Shown here: piece by piece, positions 54,369 through 63,992 of the stretch
Layout: every line of letters starts with the position of its first letter
Position numbering within the stretch: position 1 is the first letter of the stretch
Source: a virus
Taxonomy: Duplodnaviria; Caudoviricetes
Direction: 5' to 3' (one strand)
IMG/VR virus record: IMGVR_UViG_3300030330_005745
Coordinates: 1-64,000 of that record
Length of the DNA: 64,000 nt
The notes under the pieces: generated by a model
The model's database searches: none
The model's input: only the letters and a program-made list of their open reading frames with translations
Told to the model about the DNA's origin: nothing
Program-made: the position numbers and the translations under genes

Positions 54369-54547
54369 GTTACATTTTGGAGATCGAAGAAGATCAAAAC
54401 GGTGATCAGTACGTTACTTTCCCCGAAGACATCTTGGAAGAACTAGGTTGGTTAGAGGGCGATCTCCTCGAATGGAACATGAAAGGAGAAGGAATCACTC
54501 TTACCAAACTGAATAATCCATCGGGTTACGAAGTTATAGAAGAGTAA
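54365..54547 (+). CDS. AbrB/MazE-like small protein
   Basis: VTFPEDILEELGWLEGDLLEW. Confidence 0.65.
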   Translation: MSYILEIEEDQNGDQYVTFPEDILEELGWLEGDLLEWNMKGEGITLTKLNNPSGYEVIEE

Positions 54548-54572
54548 AATAAAAAGATCGAGCGGATAGATT

Positions 54573-54902
54573 ATGTACTACGCAGGCCAGTCTGGTATTG
54601 CAGGAGCTGTAGGAAACCTGGCTGGAGTCAGCTTCCCGATTCGTGGTGGTGCCTCGGTAGGTAGACCGTTACTTCCCAATCAAAAAGAATTAAAAGGGGA
54701 TAAGCGTGATCCTAGCTTTCCTCCGGAAGAAGCTATTCCGTTACGCCTTCCTTTGGCAGGCATCCCTGGTTCTAGTAATCTGCCCGGTGCTGTAGGCAAC
54801 ATGCAAGGTGTTGCCAATGCAGGTCTCTACGGCGGGCCTCAGTTCAACCAGCCAGGAAACGTAAGTCTTCCTAATGGTTTCGTCAACAAGATGGTTTCCT
54901 GA
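54573..54902 (+). CDS. Gly/Pro-rich hypothetical protein
   Basis: 109 aa. Confidence 0.55.
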   Translation: MYYAGQSGIAGAVGNLAGVSFPIRGGASVGRPLLPNQKELKGDKRDPSFPPEEAIPLRLPLAGIPGSSNLPGAVGNMQGVANAGLYGGPQFNQPGNVSLPNGFVNKMVS

Positions 54903-55189
54903 TGGCACAAGACGACTCAAAATATACAAAGCCAGGTCTGCGCGAAAGCATCAAAAAGCGCATCATGGCTGGCTCCAAGGGGGGTAAGCCCGGTCAGTGG
55001 TCTGCTCGAAAAGCCCAGATGGTTGCCGCCGAATATAAAAAGAAAGGCGGTGGTTATAAAGGTGGTGAGGGCAAGAAACAGAAAGACTTGAAAAAGTGGG
55101 GTAAGGAAAAGTGGATGACAAAAGATGAATATGAAAAACGTAAAAAAGCCCGTGGTGCAGCCAAAAAGTACAAGGACAGCAAAAAATGA
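54902..55189 (+). CDS. DUF5872-like Lys-rich protein (N-terminal part)
   Basis: YTKPGLRE...GGKPGQWSARKAQM...YKKKGGGY...LKKWGKEKW. Confidence 0.75.
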   Translation: MAQDDSKYTKPGLRESIKKRIMAGSKGGKPGQWSARKAQMVAAEYKKKGGGYKGGEGKKQKDLKKWGKEKWMTKDEYEKRKKARGAAKKYKDSKK

Positions 55190-55869
55190 TTAACTTTCAG
55201 GATTTATTAAATCGGGCAACCACCAAGGCTCAAGGATTTGTCATGGCAGGTCAAGAAGCTTTGCCAGCTATTTTGGGAGGTGTGATCGGAAGGGATCGAG
55301 TGGATACATCTGTTGATCCACGGATGGGACAAGGTTTGATTAATGCTTACCGGACGGCACAGAAACGTGGTTCTGACGTCATTGATTACGAAGACTATGA
55401 CATGTCTACCCCAGGAGGGATTGGTGCTAAATATACTTTTGGCACAGTAGGAAAAGATAACCTTAGATTTGATCAGGCCGGTAACGTAGTAGGTATTCGG
55501 GGTGAAAAATACGATACAGATAAAACTCCAATGCAGGCATTACGGGAAGGTAAGAAACGTTTAGAAGGAGGTGATATTACTGCTGGTATTTATAAACCCT
55601 TTGAAGCATTACTTGGTGCGGTGCAAGGCAGGGGACTAACCACTCATAATGTTGATTTTCAACAACCAGTTGCACCTAAGCCCACTACTCCTGTAAATGC
55701 TTCTGCACCAAATCTGTCGCCTACGCAACCAGAAGCGTACAGAGTCAAATCGGGAGATACTCTGTCAGCCATTGCAAAGCGTTTAGGCACAACAGTAGAA
55801 GATCTTGCCCGTAAAAATCAAATTCGTAACGTCAATCAAATTCAAATCGGACAACAAATACGAAGATAA
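55186..55869 (+). CDS. LysM-domain protein
   Basis: C-terminal YRVKSGDTLSAIAKRLGTTVEDLARKNQIRNVNQIQIGQQI. Confidence 0.9.
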   Translation: MINFQDLLNRATTKAQGFVMAGQEALPAILGGVIGRDRVDTSVDPRMGQGLINAYRTAQKRGSDVIDYEDYDMSTPGGIGAKYTFGTVGKDNLRFDQAGNVVGIRGEKYDTDKTPMQALREGKKRLEGGDITAGIYKPFEALLGAVQGRGLTTHNVDFQQPVAPKPTTPVNASAPNLSPTQPEAYRVKSGDTLSAIAKRLGTTVEDLARKNQIRNVNQIQIGQQIRR

Positions 55870-55875
55870 TAAAAA

Positions 55876-56052
55876 ATGATCACATCGGCTTTGCTTGCAT
55901 GGTCACTTAGTTGCTCTCAGTACCACGGAGCAATTAAACGGCTGTACGCAGATCCGTTTTTTGCAAAGCCTGAAAATCGAGAAGAAAGACTTGACTTACA
56001 CTATTTCTTTAAAAGTAAAACATGGCCTGAGTGCCTAGAACTGGAGGTTTGA
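55876..56052 (+). CDS. 58-aa small protein
   Basis: Hand translation MITSALLAWSLSCSQYHGAIKRLYADPFF...WPECLELEV. Confidence 0.5.
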   Translation: MITSALLAWSLSCSQYHGAIKRLYADPFFAKPENREERLDLHYFFKSKTWPECLELEV

Positions 56053-56053
56053 A

Positions 56054-56263
56054 ATGGCAGACAAAGCAATTCAGAAAGACGGTTCTACTAAACGTTACTT
56101 GCCTGAAAAGGCATGGGCGTCTTTATCCAAAGAAGAAAGGGAGGAAACCGATGCCAAAAAACGAGCCGGGAGCCGCAAGGGAAAACAGTTCGTTGCCAAT
56201 ACAGAACGAGCAAAAAAAGCAGGACGCGCAGCCCGTCGCTACAAAGATAAAAAGAAAAAGTAA
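56054..56263 (+). CDS. Lys-rich protein resembling the DUF5872 C-terminal half
   Basis: KRYLPEKAWASLSKEEREETDAKKRAGSRKGKQFVANT. Confidence 0.7.
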   Translation: MADKAIQKDGSTKRYLPEKAWASLSKEEREETDAKKRAGSRKGKQFVANTERAKKAGRAARRYKDKKKK

Positions 56264-56399
56264 AAAGCTTGTAAAAAAAGCGATCAAGAATGCGCACCTT
56301 TATAGTCGTGCTGAAATTCTCTACTTCAAGATGTGGCTTGAATTAAAGAAGCAGGCGAAGACTGCTAAGATCAATAAAGATAAATAGGAAAATAGTTGG

Positions 56400-58748
56400 A
56401 TGGCTGTAGACGCAAAAGCCAGACTCAAAGAAATTATTGATTCCTATCTCGATAAGGATGGGGGTTCCCATATCGATACGGGTATTGTTGCGTCTCACCT
56501 AGCCCAGATGAAACTGTTCGGCATCCGACAGGGTGTCGAGTTTTTTCCTGCGCAAGACAATTTTGGAAGTCAGCGCAAAGATTTTGTTGACCGTGTAATC
56601 AAATACAACCAGCTGGATACACGCCTGGATTCTATCTGGGACTATTTCTTGTGTGATGGACAAGGGATGTTTTACATCCGTCCTACACAGAACAACTATC
56701 GTCTCTATTACTTCCGTCGTCACGAATATCGAAGTTTCTACAACATCGACGGTGAGTTAGATGAAGTGGTCATCATCTACAGCTATAAAGTCCGCCAAGG
56801 ACTTGGTTACCAGCAAGACATCGAGTCTGACACGATTTCTGGTCCAGCAGGTATGGGCCGTGGTGGTGTCAAGCGTTATATTCGTCTGTCTATTAAACGT
56901 AAAACTATCGAAGAAACACACTCAGAAGGTGAAATTTCATTCGATACTAATTACCAAGCCATACAAGGGAAGACTAAAACATTTAAAAATTCACTTGGAT
57001 TCATTCCTTGTGTTGAAATTTTTAACAACGCTAAAGGCTTTTCTGCAGAAGGTGTCGGTGAATTTGATGCGTTAGCGAATCATATTTGTACGCATGATGA
57101 CATGATCCGCACAATGCGGAAGAACGTAACCTTTTTTGGGAATCCTACGCTACTTTCTTCAAGGCCAAAAACTGATTTAATGGAATCAGGTGGAGATGCT
57201 GTTGTTCAGCGTCCCTCTATTGCAGCTAGTTCAGGTTTTTCTGGCCCCGGTGCTTTAAGCCAATCTCGGTTTAAGTCAGATCCCGTATCCCGTGGAGTAG
57301 ATGGTCAGATCCGAGTACCGCGAGTAATTGCAAACTTGGAACCGAATGACCGTGTTGGCTATATCGTTCCTGACGCGATTACCGGTGACCAAAACTCTTT
57401 CGCTCGACAGTATAGGGAAGAAATTCGTACTGCTCTTGGCGGTGTGGATGAGCTGTCGATTTCTGCTGGTGTTACTGCAACTGAGTACAAATCCTTATTT
57501 GGGCGCGTCGCCGCGACATCCAAGAAAAAGAGCAACTCAATTTACACGTACGGAATCTGTCGTTGTCTTGAACTAATTATTTATCAAGAAGAAAAGTTAT
57601 TCCGTGACAGTCTTGCCGCTGCCGCTGGGTTGGAAAAACCTCTTGAGTTAGCAGAAACAGCTACTGCAGAAGATATTGCAGGCTATGAGCAGGCAATGGA
57701 AATGTATGAAGAACAGACCAAACAGTTAATGATGGCCTGTCTTCAAACACAGCAAATTCCACCAGGTGTTTTTGGTTTAATTCCTGATGGTGACGTCACC
57801 ATTCAATGGCGTTGGATGGGTCCTGTGTACGAAGATTCGACCCAAGATGTATTAAATAACTCCATTGTTGTACGAAATCTGCAAGAATTAGGTGTTGATA
57901 GCATTGAGGCACTGAAATACCTCTTCCCCTCAAAAACGGATGAGGAAAGGGCCGCGATGCTATCGGGGTTCCCATTCAGGATGGTGAACGAATTGCAGGG
58001 TGCATACTCTCAATTTGCCCGCCTTGTGGGGGGAATGATGCAGACCCCTCACCCGCAATCACCGGATTTACCGATGGCTGCGGATCCCCGATTGGATTTA
58101 ACCCCATATCTGTATCGCACCTTAGAAGCCTTACAAAAGGAGATGAGTTATGCAGGACGCTACCGTCCAATCGATCCCACAGACGAGCCAAGCGTCGTCA
58201 GCCGTCGCTCCGAGCAGCTACGTGGCAGCAGCACCGGCGGCAGCTCCGGCACCGGCAGCAGCGCCGGCGGCTTATCAAGTGGGTACGAGCTACCCCCAAG
58301 CGGTACCTCAGGCAGCCCCCAGCTACCAATCCGCCCCTACTCAGTACGCCCCCCAATCCCAACCGGAGGCACAGAACAGCCCCTGGGAATCGGCATTCAA
58401 CAAGGTGGTGGGTCTACTGAGTCAACCAGTCCAATCCCCGTTCCAGGCTCAACCGTCTCAAGCGCCGACAGCATTTACCCCGGCGAACTACGGACAACAG
58501 AGCGCCCCGGCTACGCAACAATCGGATCCGCTGACCTGGTCTCCCAACCAGGTATCCTCTCCCAGCTCTTCCCAAACCTCCTCGAGTCCCTCCTTGGATC
58601 AAGTGGCGGACCTGGTGGGGATGAGCGCGGAAAGCCGTCAGGTGATGGACGCGTTCGGAGTCGAGGCACCGGTTCTTCTGAACAACTACGCGGTGGAACT
58701 GGAAGGTCTGGTCGACAGCGCCGTGGCGTGGGGAAATCGCGCAACTAA
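56400..58748 (+). CDS. Portal protein (putative), with a long low-complexity C-terminal extension
   Basis: Size and position between terL and scaffold/capsid; last ~200 codons overlap the scaffold gene. Confidence 0.75.
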   Translation: MAVDAKARLKEIIDSYLDKDGGSHIDTGIVASHLAQMKLFGIRQGVEFFPAQDNFGSQRKDFVDRVIKYNQLDTRLDSIWDYFLCDGQGMFYIRPTQNNYRLYYFRRHEYRSFYNIDGELDEVVIIYSYKVRQGLGYQQDIESDTISGPAGMGRGGVKRYIRLSIKRKTIEETHSEGEISFDTNYQAIQGKTKTFKNSLGFIPCVEIFNNAKGFSAEGVGEFDALANHICTHDDMIRTMRKNVTFFGNPTLLSSRPKTDLMESGGDAVVQRPSIAASSGFSGPGALSQSRFKSDPVSRGVDGQIRVPRVIANLEPNDRVGYIVPDAITGDQNSFARQYREEIRTALGGVDELSISAGVTATEYKSLFGRVAATSKKKSNSIYTYGICRCLELIIYQEEKLFRDSLAAAAGLEKPLELAETATAEDIAGYEQAMEMYEEQTKQLMMACLQTQQIPPGVFGLIPDGDVTIQWRWMGPVYEDSTQDVLNNSIVVRNLQELGVDSIEALKYLFPSKTDEERAAMLSGFPFRMVNELQGAYSQFARLVGGMMQTPHPQSPDLPMAADPRLDLTPYLYRTLEALQKEMSYAGRYRPIDPTDEPSVVSRRSEQLRGSSTGGSSGTGSSAGGLSSGYELPPSGTSGSPQLPIRPYSVRPPIPTGGTEQPLGIGIQQGGGSTESTSPIPVPGSTVSSADSIYPGELRTTERPGYATIGSADLVSQPGILSQLFPNLLESLLGSSGGPGGDERGKPSGDGRVRSRGTGSSEQLRGGTGRSGRQRRGVGKSRN

Positions 58749-59130
58749 CGCAATCAAAGGTTACGCCAACTTTGCGGTTAACGAGCATCAAGAGAACCTC
58801 GCCTATAACGAGATTCTTACCAACCCTGATGTTCTCAGCGATTACACCCTGAAGTTCTTCGGCCCTGAAGGTCCGTACCCTGTGTACGAGAACGAAGGTC
58901 AGTTGGAAACCCAAGGTTATCCCACCGCTCCTGTTGAGCAGCAGCAAAATGTTATGGCCCAAATCGGCCAGCAAATGCCTGCTCCCCCTCAGGCAGAAGC
59001 ACCCCAAGCCCCCGAAAACTTCTGGGGTACTTTCAGCGAGCAAATGGCCCGTGATCCCCAGAACGCCTGGCGGACTCTGAACCAGGCTCAGCCTCAAACT
59101 GTTGCAAACAAACTGTTTGTAATGGAGTGA
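58150..59130 (+). CDS. Capsid scaffolding protein (putative)
   Basis: Gln/Pro/Ala/Ser-rich, directly upstream of the major capsid gene. Confidence 0.7.
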   Translation: MQDATVQSIPQTSQASSAVAPSSYVAAAPAAAPAPAAAPAAYQVGTSYPQAVPQAAPSYQSAPTQYAPQSQPEAQNSPWESAFNKVVGLLSQPVQSPFQAQPSQAPTAFTPANYGQQSAPATQQSDPLTWSPNQVSSPSSSQTSSSPSLDQVADLVGMSAESRQVMDAFGVEAPVLLNNYAVELEGLVDSAVAWGNRATNAIKGYANFAVNEHQENLAYNEILTNPDVLSDYTLKFFGPEGPYPVYENEGQLETQGYPTAPVEQQQNVMAQIGQQMPAPPQAEAPQAPENFWGTFSEQMARDPQNAWRTLNQAQPQTVANKLFVME

Positions 59131-59251
59131 TAGTTAGCCGGTAATTTTCTTAAATTATCGGCTGCTAAAATTTGTGTTAGATAAGACATATCAATATGTC
59201 TGAATCTTTCATCCGCTAAACATTCCCTGCGACACTGGAGGATAAACTAAA

Positions 59252-60415
59252 GTGTTCATTGATAACGACTTTCCAAAGATTCTTGGTGCGGAGCTGTATC
59301 GCCCCCACCCTGCTTACATCGCGGAAATGGCGGTTGAGCCCGTGGTCGTCCACGACTTCACCCGTCAGCCCGGTCAGACCGTTCAGTTAGACCGCTACAA
59401 GTTCTGGGGTACTCCTGGTACCAAGGACAGCCGTGAGCGCATTGCTGACCAGACCATTGGCACCGCCAACAGCCGCAACATCACCAAGGAGAAGGTGCTT
59501 GTTGTGCTTAAGGAGTACACCGGTCCTGCGGACCCGGGTGATGCAACCCAGCCCAGCACCTTCAAGATTGCTCGTGAAACCCTGGTGACCGCTCAGCGTC
59601 TCCTGCTGGATTCCGGCAACCTGAACATGTTCCACCAGAGCATCGGTTCTCTGACCCTGCTCGACGACTATCGCCGTTGGCGTGACCGCGTCTTCATCGA
59701 CGAACTGTCCAAAGCTGAAGCAAATGGTGCCGCCTCTACTTCTCAAGGTGGTTACTACTTCGCTGGTGGCAAGACCAAGGATTCCTCCGGTCGCGTTTCC
59801 TACACCGCCGATGAGTACGGCACCCAGACCCAGCAGTTCTCTGTCAAGACTGACCTGCTGACTGTTGTTAAGGACCTCCGTAAGCGTAACGTTCCTACTT
59901 ACGCTGATGGCCTGTATCGCGCCATCGTGGATCCCACCTTCATGATGCACCTGCGTCGTGACAGTGACTTCCGCGAGATCGCCCGTTACGCTGGCAATCC
60001 TGGTCAAGGCATGTACATGGGCAACCCCATGATGCCTAACAACTCCAGCTTCTACATGGGTCCTCAGGCTGGTCAGGCCTACTTCCTGGCTGGTGAGCCT
60101 GTGATGCCTACTGGCGTCCAGTTTGAAGGTGTGAAGTTCTTCGAGTCCACCAACTTCCCGACCAAGAACGTCACCTCTTCCTTCGATGGTGGTAGCAACT
60201 ACTCTTCCAGAGAAGTCGCCCAAGGTTACTTCTTCGGTCCTCAGTCCATCGGTGTTGGTATCGGCGGCCCGAACGCTCAGGTGCTGATCAACAACAACGA
60301 TGACTTCAGCCGCTTCATCATCCTCATCTGGCAACTGTACGCTGGCTTCGAGATCCTGAACAAGGACTTCGTGACCACCGGCTTCAGCTTCGTCGAGGAC
60401 GACGGCTCTATCTGA
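59252..60415 (+). CDS. Major capsid protein
   Basis: 387 aa, GTG start, strong C-ending codon bias; HDFTRQPGQTVQL and IVDPTFMMHLRRD fit HK97-fold N4-gp56-like capsids. Confidence 0.88.
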   Translation: MFIDNDFPKILGAELYRPHPAYIAEMAVEPVVVHDFTRQPGQTVQLDRYKFWGTPGTKDSRERIADQTIGTANSRNITKEKVLVVLKEYTGPADPGDATQPSTFKIARETLVTAQRLLLDSGNLNMFHQSIGSLTLLDDYRRWRDRVFIDELSKAEANGAASTSQGGYYFAGGKTKDSSGRVSYTADEYGTQTQQFSVKTDLLTVVKDLRKRNVPTYADGLYRAIVDPTFMMHLRRDSDFREIARYAGNPGQGMYMGNPMMPNNSSFYMGPQAGQAYFLAGEPVMPTGVQFEGVKFFESTNFPTKNVTSSFDGGSNYSSREVAQGYFFGPQSIGVGIGGPNAQVLINNNDDFSRFIILIWQLYAGFEILNKDFVTTGFSFVEDDGSI

Positions 60416-60450
60416 TCCTTATAAATAGATAACTCATCTAGGAGAAATAA

Positions 60451-61251
60451 ATGTCTTATTTGTCGGCTAAGAAAATCTACCCAGGTAACTGGGCAGAACC
60501 CCTGAACGGTTGGTACAAAAACATTGATACCAACGACAGCGGTAGCAACGACAAAACCAAGGGCGGCCCCACTTCGGTGCTGGCCGTTCCTGGTTATCGT
60601 TACTTCCAACAACGCGGTTATGTGGCAGTTCCTTCTGCCTCCGGCACCGCCGTTACCGCTACCGGCGACGTGATCGTTCCTTCCCCTTATCGGAATGACG
60701 ACACCCGTACCGATATCACCGGTATGGTGATCTCTGGCAGCAGCACCATCCCTGCTTACGTTTATCGCGCCACCGTTTCCGTGGCTTCTGGCTGGGGTGA
60801 TGGCCGCGTTGCTTCCGGCGTTTACGCTGCTACCGGCAACGTGATTACCTTCTGTCGTGACAGCAGCGGCCCTGTGTCCGCTAATGGCGCTGGCGAAGGC
60901 GTTGCTCAGGCCAACCTGACCTCCACCGCTGCTGGTGTCCGTGCTGGTGAAATTTACTTCGCTGGTGCCTCAGCTGCTTATAGCTCTCAGCCCTTCCCCA
61001 CCGCTACTGGTGCTGCTGGTCTGGCTACCGGTGTGATCCATAAGCAGATCACCGCTGCTACCACCTTCAAGGTGTTTGCTCGCGCCACCGTGACTGGTAC
61101 CTCCACCTCCGGCGGTTTCTACATCTCTGATGCAGATGCTGATGCAAACCGTAAGGGTTACCTGGTGACTGAAGTCTGCTACCTGCAGCCTGATGAAGCA
61201 CCTGGCTACGAGGATATCGAAGCTTATATCCCCGCCCGCACTATTAGCTGA
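60451..61251 (+). CDS. Abundant virion structural protein (decoration or tail component)
   Basis: Same codon bias as the capsid gene, beta-rich, directly downstream. Confidence 0.7.
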   Translation: MSYLSAKKIYPGNWAEPLNGWYKNIDTNDSGSNDKTKGGPTSVLAVPGYRYFQQRGYVAVPSASGTAVTATGDVIVPSPYRNDDTRTDITGMVISGSSTIPAYVYRATVSVASGWGDGRVASGVYAATGNVITFCRDSSGPVSANGAGEGVAQANLTSTAAGVRAGEIYFAGASAAYSSQPFPTATGAAGLATGVIHKQITAATTFKVFARATVTGTSTSGGFYISDADADANRKGYLVTEVCYLQPDEAPGYEDIEAYIPARTIS

Positions 61252-61289
61252 TTGAGGTAAACTAGGACCAGAAATAAAATCTGGTCCTT

Positions 61290-61700
61290 ATGCTTTATCA
61301 GCACAAAAAGACGGGAACTCGTGTAAAAATTGTCAGTGAGTTTGATAATGGCGATTGGTTTATGGTCCAAGACCAAGACGATCGCATTTTCACCGCTTAC
61401 AAAAACGAGTTAACACCTGACGAGCCCGCCACCAAAAAGGTAAAAACTCTTCAGGTAAAAGATAAAGCAGCAAAGGAAGAACCCCGTAACTTCCCGCCTG
61501 ATACTCGCCTCAATATCAATGGGGCGACTGCACAGATGATCGCAGATCATATTAAGGGTATCGGCATTAAAACAGCCAGAGAAATTAAAGATCTCCAGAT
61601 GTCCTTATCGGGTGAAAGATTCAATAATCTCGAACAACTAAAGCAAATCAAGCGGGTTGATTGGGATTCTGTTATTGCTGCTGATTTGATTAGAGTGTAA
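61290..61700 (+). CDS. Helix-hairpin-helix DNA-binding protein (ComEA/HHH_3-like)
   Basis: LNINGATAQMIADHIKGIGIKTAREI...FNNLEQLKQIKRV. Confidence 0.78.
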   Translation: MLYQHKKTGTRVKIVSEFDNGDWFMVQDQDDRIFTAYKNELTPDEPATKKVKTLQVKDKAAKEEPRNFPPDTRLNINGATAQMIADHIKGIGIKTAREIKDLQMSLSGERFNNLEQLKQIKRVDWDSVIAADLIRV

Positions 61701-61708
61701 GGCTTCTT

Positions 61709-61730
61709 CCCCGGGCAACCGGGGTTTTTT
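61709..61730 (+). terminator. Intrinsic terminator of the capsid operon
   Basis: CCCCGG-GCAA-CCGGGG plus U tract. Confidence 0.85.
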
Positions 61731-61774
61731 ATTGATTACATCAATTTATAATTGAATGACGCGGAGGCTTTGTA

Positions 61775-62236
61775 GTGCAGCTATCTGACTTTGATAAAAG
61801 TAGGGTCAGGTATCACCTGGGCTACTTTACAACTTCTGTCCCAGCGGGTGATTATGCCCGTTTGGAAGAAGCTATGAATACCATTCCGGATTCATTCTTC
61901 TACGACAAAATCACCATTCAGATTGGCCGCTGCGACACTGCAGAAAAGAAAACTGAAGTCGCTGATTCCCCTTCTACCAGAATTGAAACGATCCTGGGCG
62001 ACGTGGATCGTACGATTAAATCCAGCAATGCCAAGGAGGCATTGAAGGTATGGGATGAGATTTACCTGTACGAAACAAACCGTTTGGCAGGTATTCTTTA
62101 CGTTCCTAATTACAAAGATCCTTTCCAGGCACGTTATCGCTACGAACGTTCTGGTGCGGAGTTTATTCAAGCATTACCTGGCCCAGCCGATACAGCTGTT
62201 GGTTCCAGAATCTATTTAAATGAGGTTTGGAGATAA
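61775..62236 (+). CDS. Head-tail adaptor/connector (putative)
   Basis: GTG start; RVRYHLGY motif; position after the head genes. Confidence 0.6.
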   Translation: MQLSDFDKSRVRYHLGYFTTSVPAGDYARLEEAMNTIPDSFFYDKITIQIGRCDTAEKKTEVADSPSTRIETILGDVDRTIKSSNAKEALKVWDEIYLYETNRLAGILYVPNYKDPFQARYRYERSGAEFIQALPGPADTAVGSRIYLNEVWR

Positions 62237-62910
62237 TGGCACAAACAGGTCAGTTGTCGCCCACAGATCGGGCCGCATTTTTAAAAACTTCTCAAAATTT
62301 AGGTTTAAGTCCTTATGAGTTTGGCGGGTTGATCCAACTGGAATCAGGTTTCCGTCCAAATGTTATGGGTGGGGAAGGGGGCCGATATAAAGGCCTAATT
62401 CAATTTGGACCTGGAGCTAGGCAGGAAGTAGGACTCCCTTCCAGGGACATGACTATTGCTGAGCAACTTCCATATGTTGAACGTTATTTTCAACAACGGG
62501 GTTACCAGCCCGGTATGGGAATTCAAAAAGCATATGCAACTGTTTTAGGCGGTAATCCAGACGCAAACATCAACTACAAGGATGCGTTTGGAACCAGTGT
62601 TGCAAGTGCTGTTCCTCGAATGAAAGAAGGCGGAGATCTTTATAAAACAGCGCAACAAGTCTTAGGACCATTAGACACTCAAAGCTATGGAGGAGCAAGT
62701 GCTGCCGCTGGCGGCCTTGACATGAAAAGTAGTGAAAGACAATCTGAGCCTGCTCGATCCTCTATTGTTAGGTCTCTTCTTGGTCAATCTCTTGGTTTGG
62801 AAACTAAGTCGGACCTTAATAAGAAAAATTCGTTAGCAAACTCATTACGGGACTCTGTAATTCAGTCAGTTCTTTCTAACGCCATGAATCCGTTTGGAGG
62901 GATGTTCTGA
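62227..62910 (+). CDS. Lysozyme-fold / lytic transglycosylase-like protein
   Basis: LIQLESGF...YKGLIQFG...EQLPYVERYF. Confidence 0.78.
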   Translation: MEIMAQTGQLSPTDRAAFLKTSQNLGLSPYEFGGLIQLESGFRPNVMGGEGGRYKGLIQFGPGARQEVGLPSRDMTIAEQLPYVERYFQQRGYQPGMGIQKAYATVLGGNPDANINYKDAFGTSVASAVPRMKEGGDLYKTAQQVLGPLDTQSYGGASAAAGGLDMKSSERQSEPARSSIVRSLLGQSLGLETKSDLNKKNSLANSLRDSVIQSVLSNAMNPFGGMF

Positions 62911-63179
62911 TGTCTAAAGTCGCAGATTTTCTAGAAAGTTATCTTGAAGAATACATTTCTTCTGCACAAGGTCCAGGAGAGATTCTTCGAACAAATATTG
63001 CTACTCCTGCTGACATGGGAAAAGTTTTTAGTGGCACCAGTAAATTTAAAGCCGAAAAAACACCAGATCGCTTTCAGGAGTTTCTAACGATACAGAATAA
63101 TCCTGAAGCCTTGTCCCAAAATGTCGTGGCACGATATTCACCAGGATTTATTAACGCGATGTCTATGTTTGGTCGCTAA
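62910..63179 (+). CDS. Hypothetical protein
   Basis: 89 aa, coupled to the previous gene. Confidence 0.55.
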   Translation: MSKVADFLESYLEEYISSAQGPGEILRTNIATPADMGKVFSGTSKFKAEKTPDRFQEFLTIQNNPEALSQNVVARYSPGFINAMSMFGR

Positions 63180-63212
63180 CGCTATAATTAGAAAAAAGCA
63201 GCATAGTTAGAA

Positions 63213-63992
63213 GTGTCTAGTACCTCCACCAATAAACAGCCGCTTCTTGTTGACCGGCCTTTATTTGACTCAGTTCGCGTAACTACACAGACTGTTGGTA
63301 GTGCATCTACTAACACTGTGTTTGTACAGGGTGGTCAGGCACCGTCCATTCTGGTGGATATGGATGCTGCTTTAAGTGAAGACAACAATAATGGTGGTGT
63401 TGTAGATGCCATCACAATTACCAGAAACGATTTTTATCGTGAAGAAGATTTTGAAGTAAATACCACCACTTCAGGATCTGTTATTTCCCTGGTAAGTGGA
63501 CAAGTTGTTTTTGTTTCTAATACAGGTGTTTTAACTAACGGCACTGCTAGCGGATATGGTTACTACACCTATACAGGTTCTAGTACCCTTACAGGTGTTA
63601 ATACAGCTTTAAATTATTCCGGGGGTATTGCCTCTGGCTTTACTTACCAAGGTGTTGCCTACGGTGAAATGCCTGCAGCAACTTTTGTTTTCTACCATAC
63701 ACGCGGAACCACCACACCCATTCCTGCATCTGGTGACTACAAAGTGTTGTTCGCCAAGACGATTCCTGCCAACAGTGGTGTGGTTGACTGTTCTGACTTA
63801 ATGCCTCAACTTGCGACTCCTGTTGCACAGGCTGGTAATACTGATGGCTTAGGTGCTGGTGCCCCCCTCCGTAACAAAGGAATTGTTTTAGAACGTGGCG
63901 ACCGTATTTACGTTGGCGTATTTCCTGACGGTCCGAACATTTCTGGCTACACCCCAGGTGCTCACATTAGTGCGCAAGGCGGATTCTTCTAA
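63213..63992 (+). CDS. Virion structural protein (tail-associated, putative)
   Basis: GTG start; MSSTSTNKQPLLVDRP; Thr/Gly-rich beta protein. Confidence 0.7.
   Translation: MSSTSTNKQPLLVDRPLFDSVRVTTQTVGSASTNTVFVQGGQAPSILVDMDAALSEDNNNGGVVDAITITRNDFYREEDFEVNTTTSGSVISLVSGQVVFVSNTGVLTNGTASGYGYYTYTGSSTLTGVNTALNYSGGIASGFTYQGVAYGEMPAATFVFYHTRGTTTPIPASGDYKVLFAKTIPANSGVVDCSDLMPQLATPVAQAGNTDGLGAGAPLRNKGIVLERGDRIYVGVFPDGPNISGYTPGAHISAQGGFF

Noticed and set aside
59387-60334. 315-aa antisense ORF over the capsid gene, and 58414..59097 over the scaffold
   Set aside because: Expected from strong codon bias that depletes antisense stops; the translation has no protein-like features.
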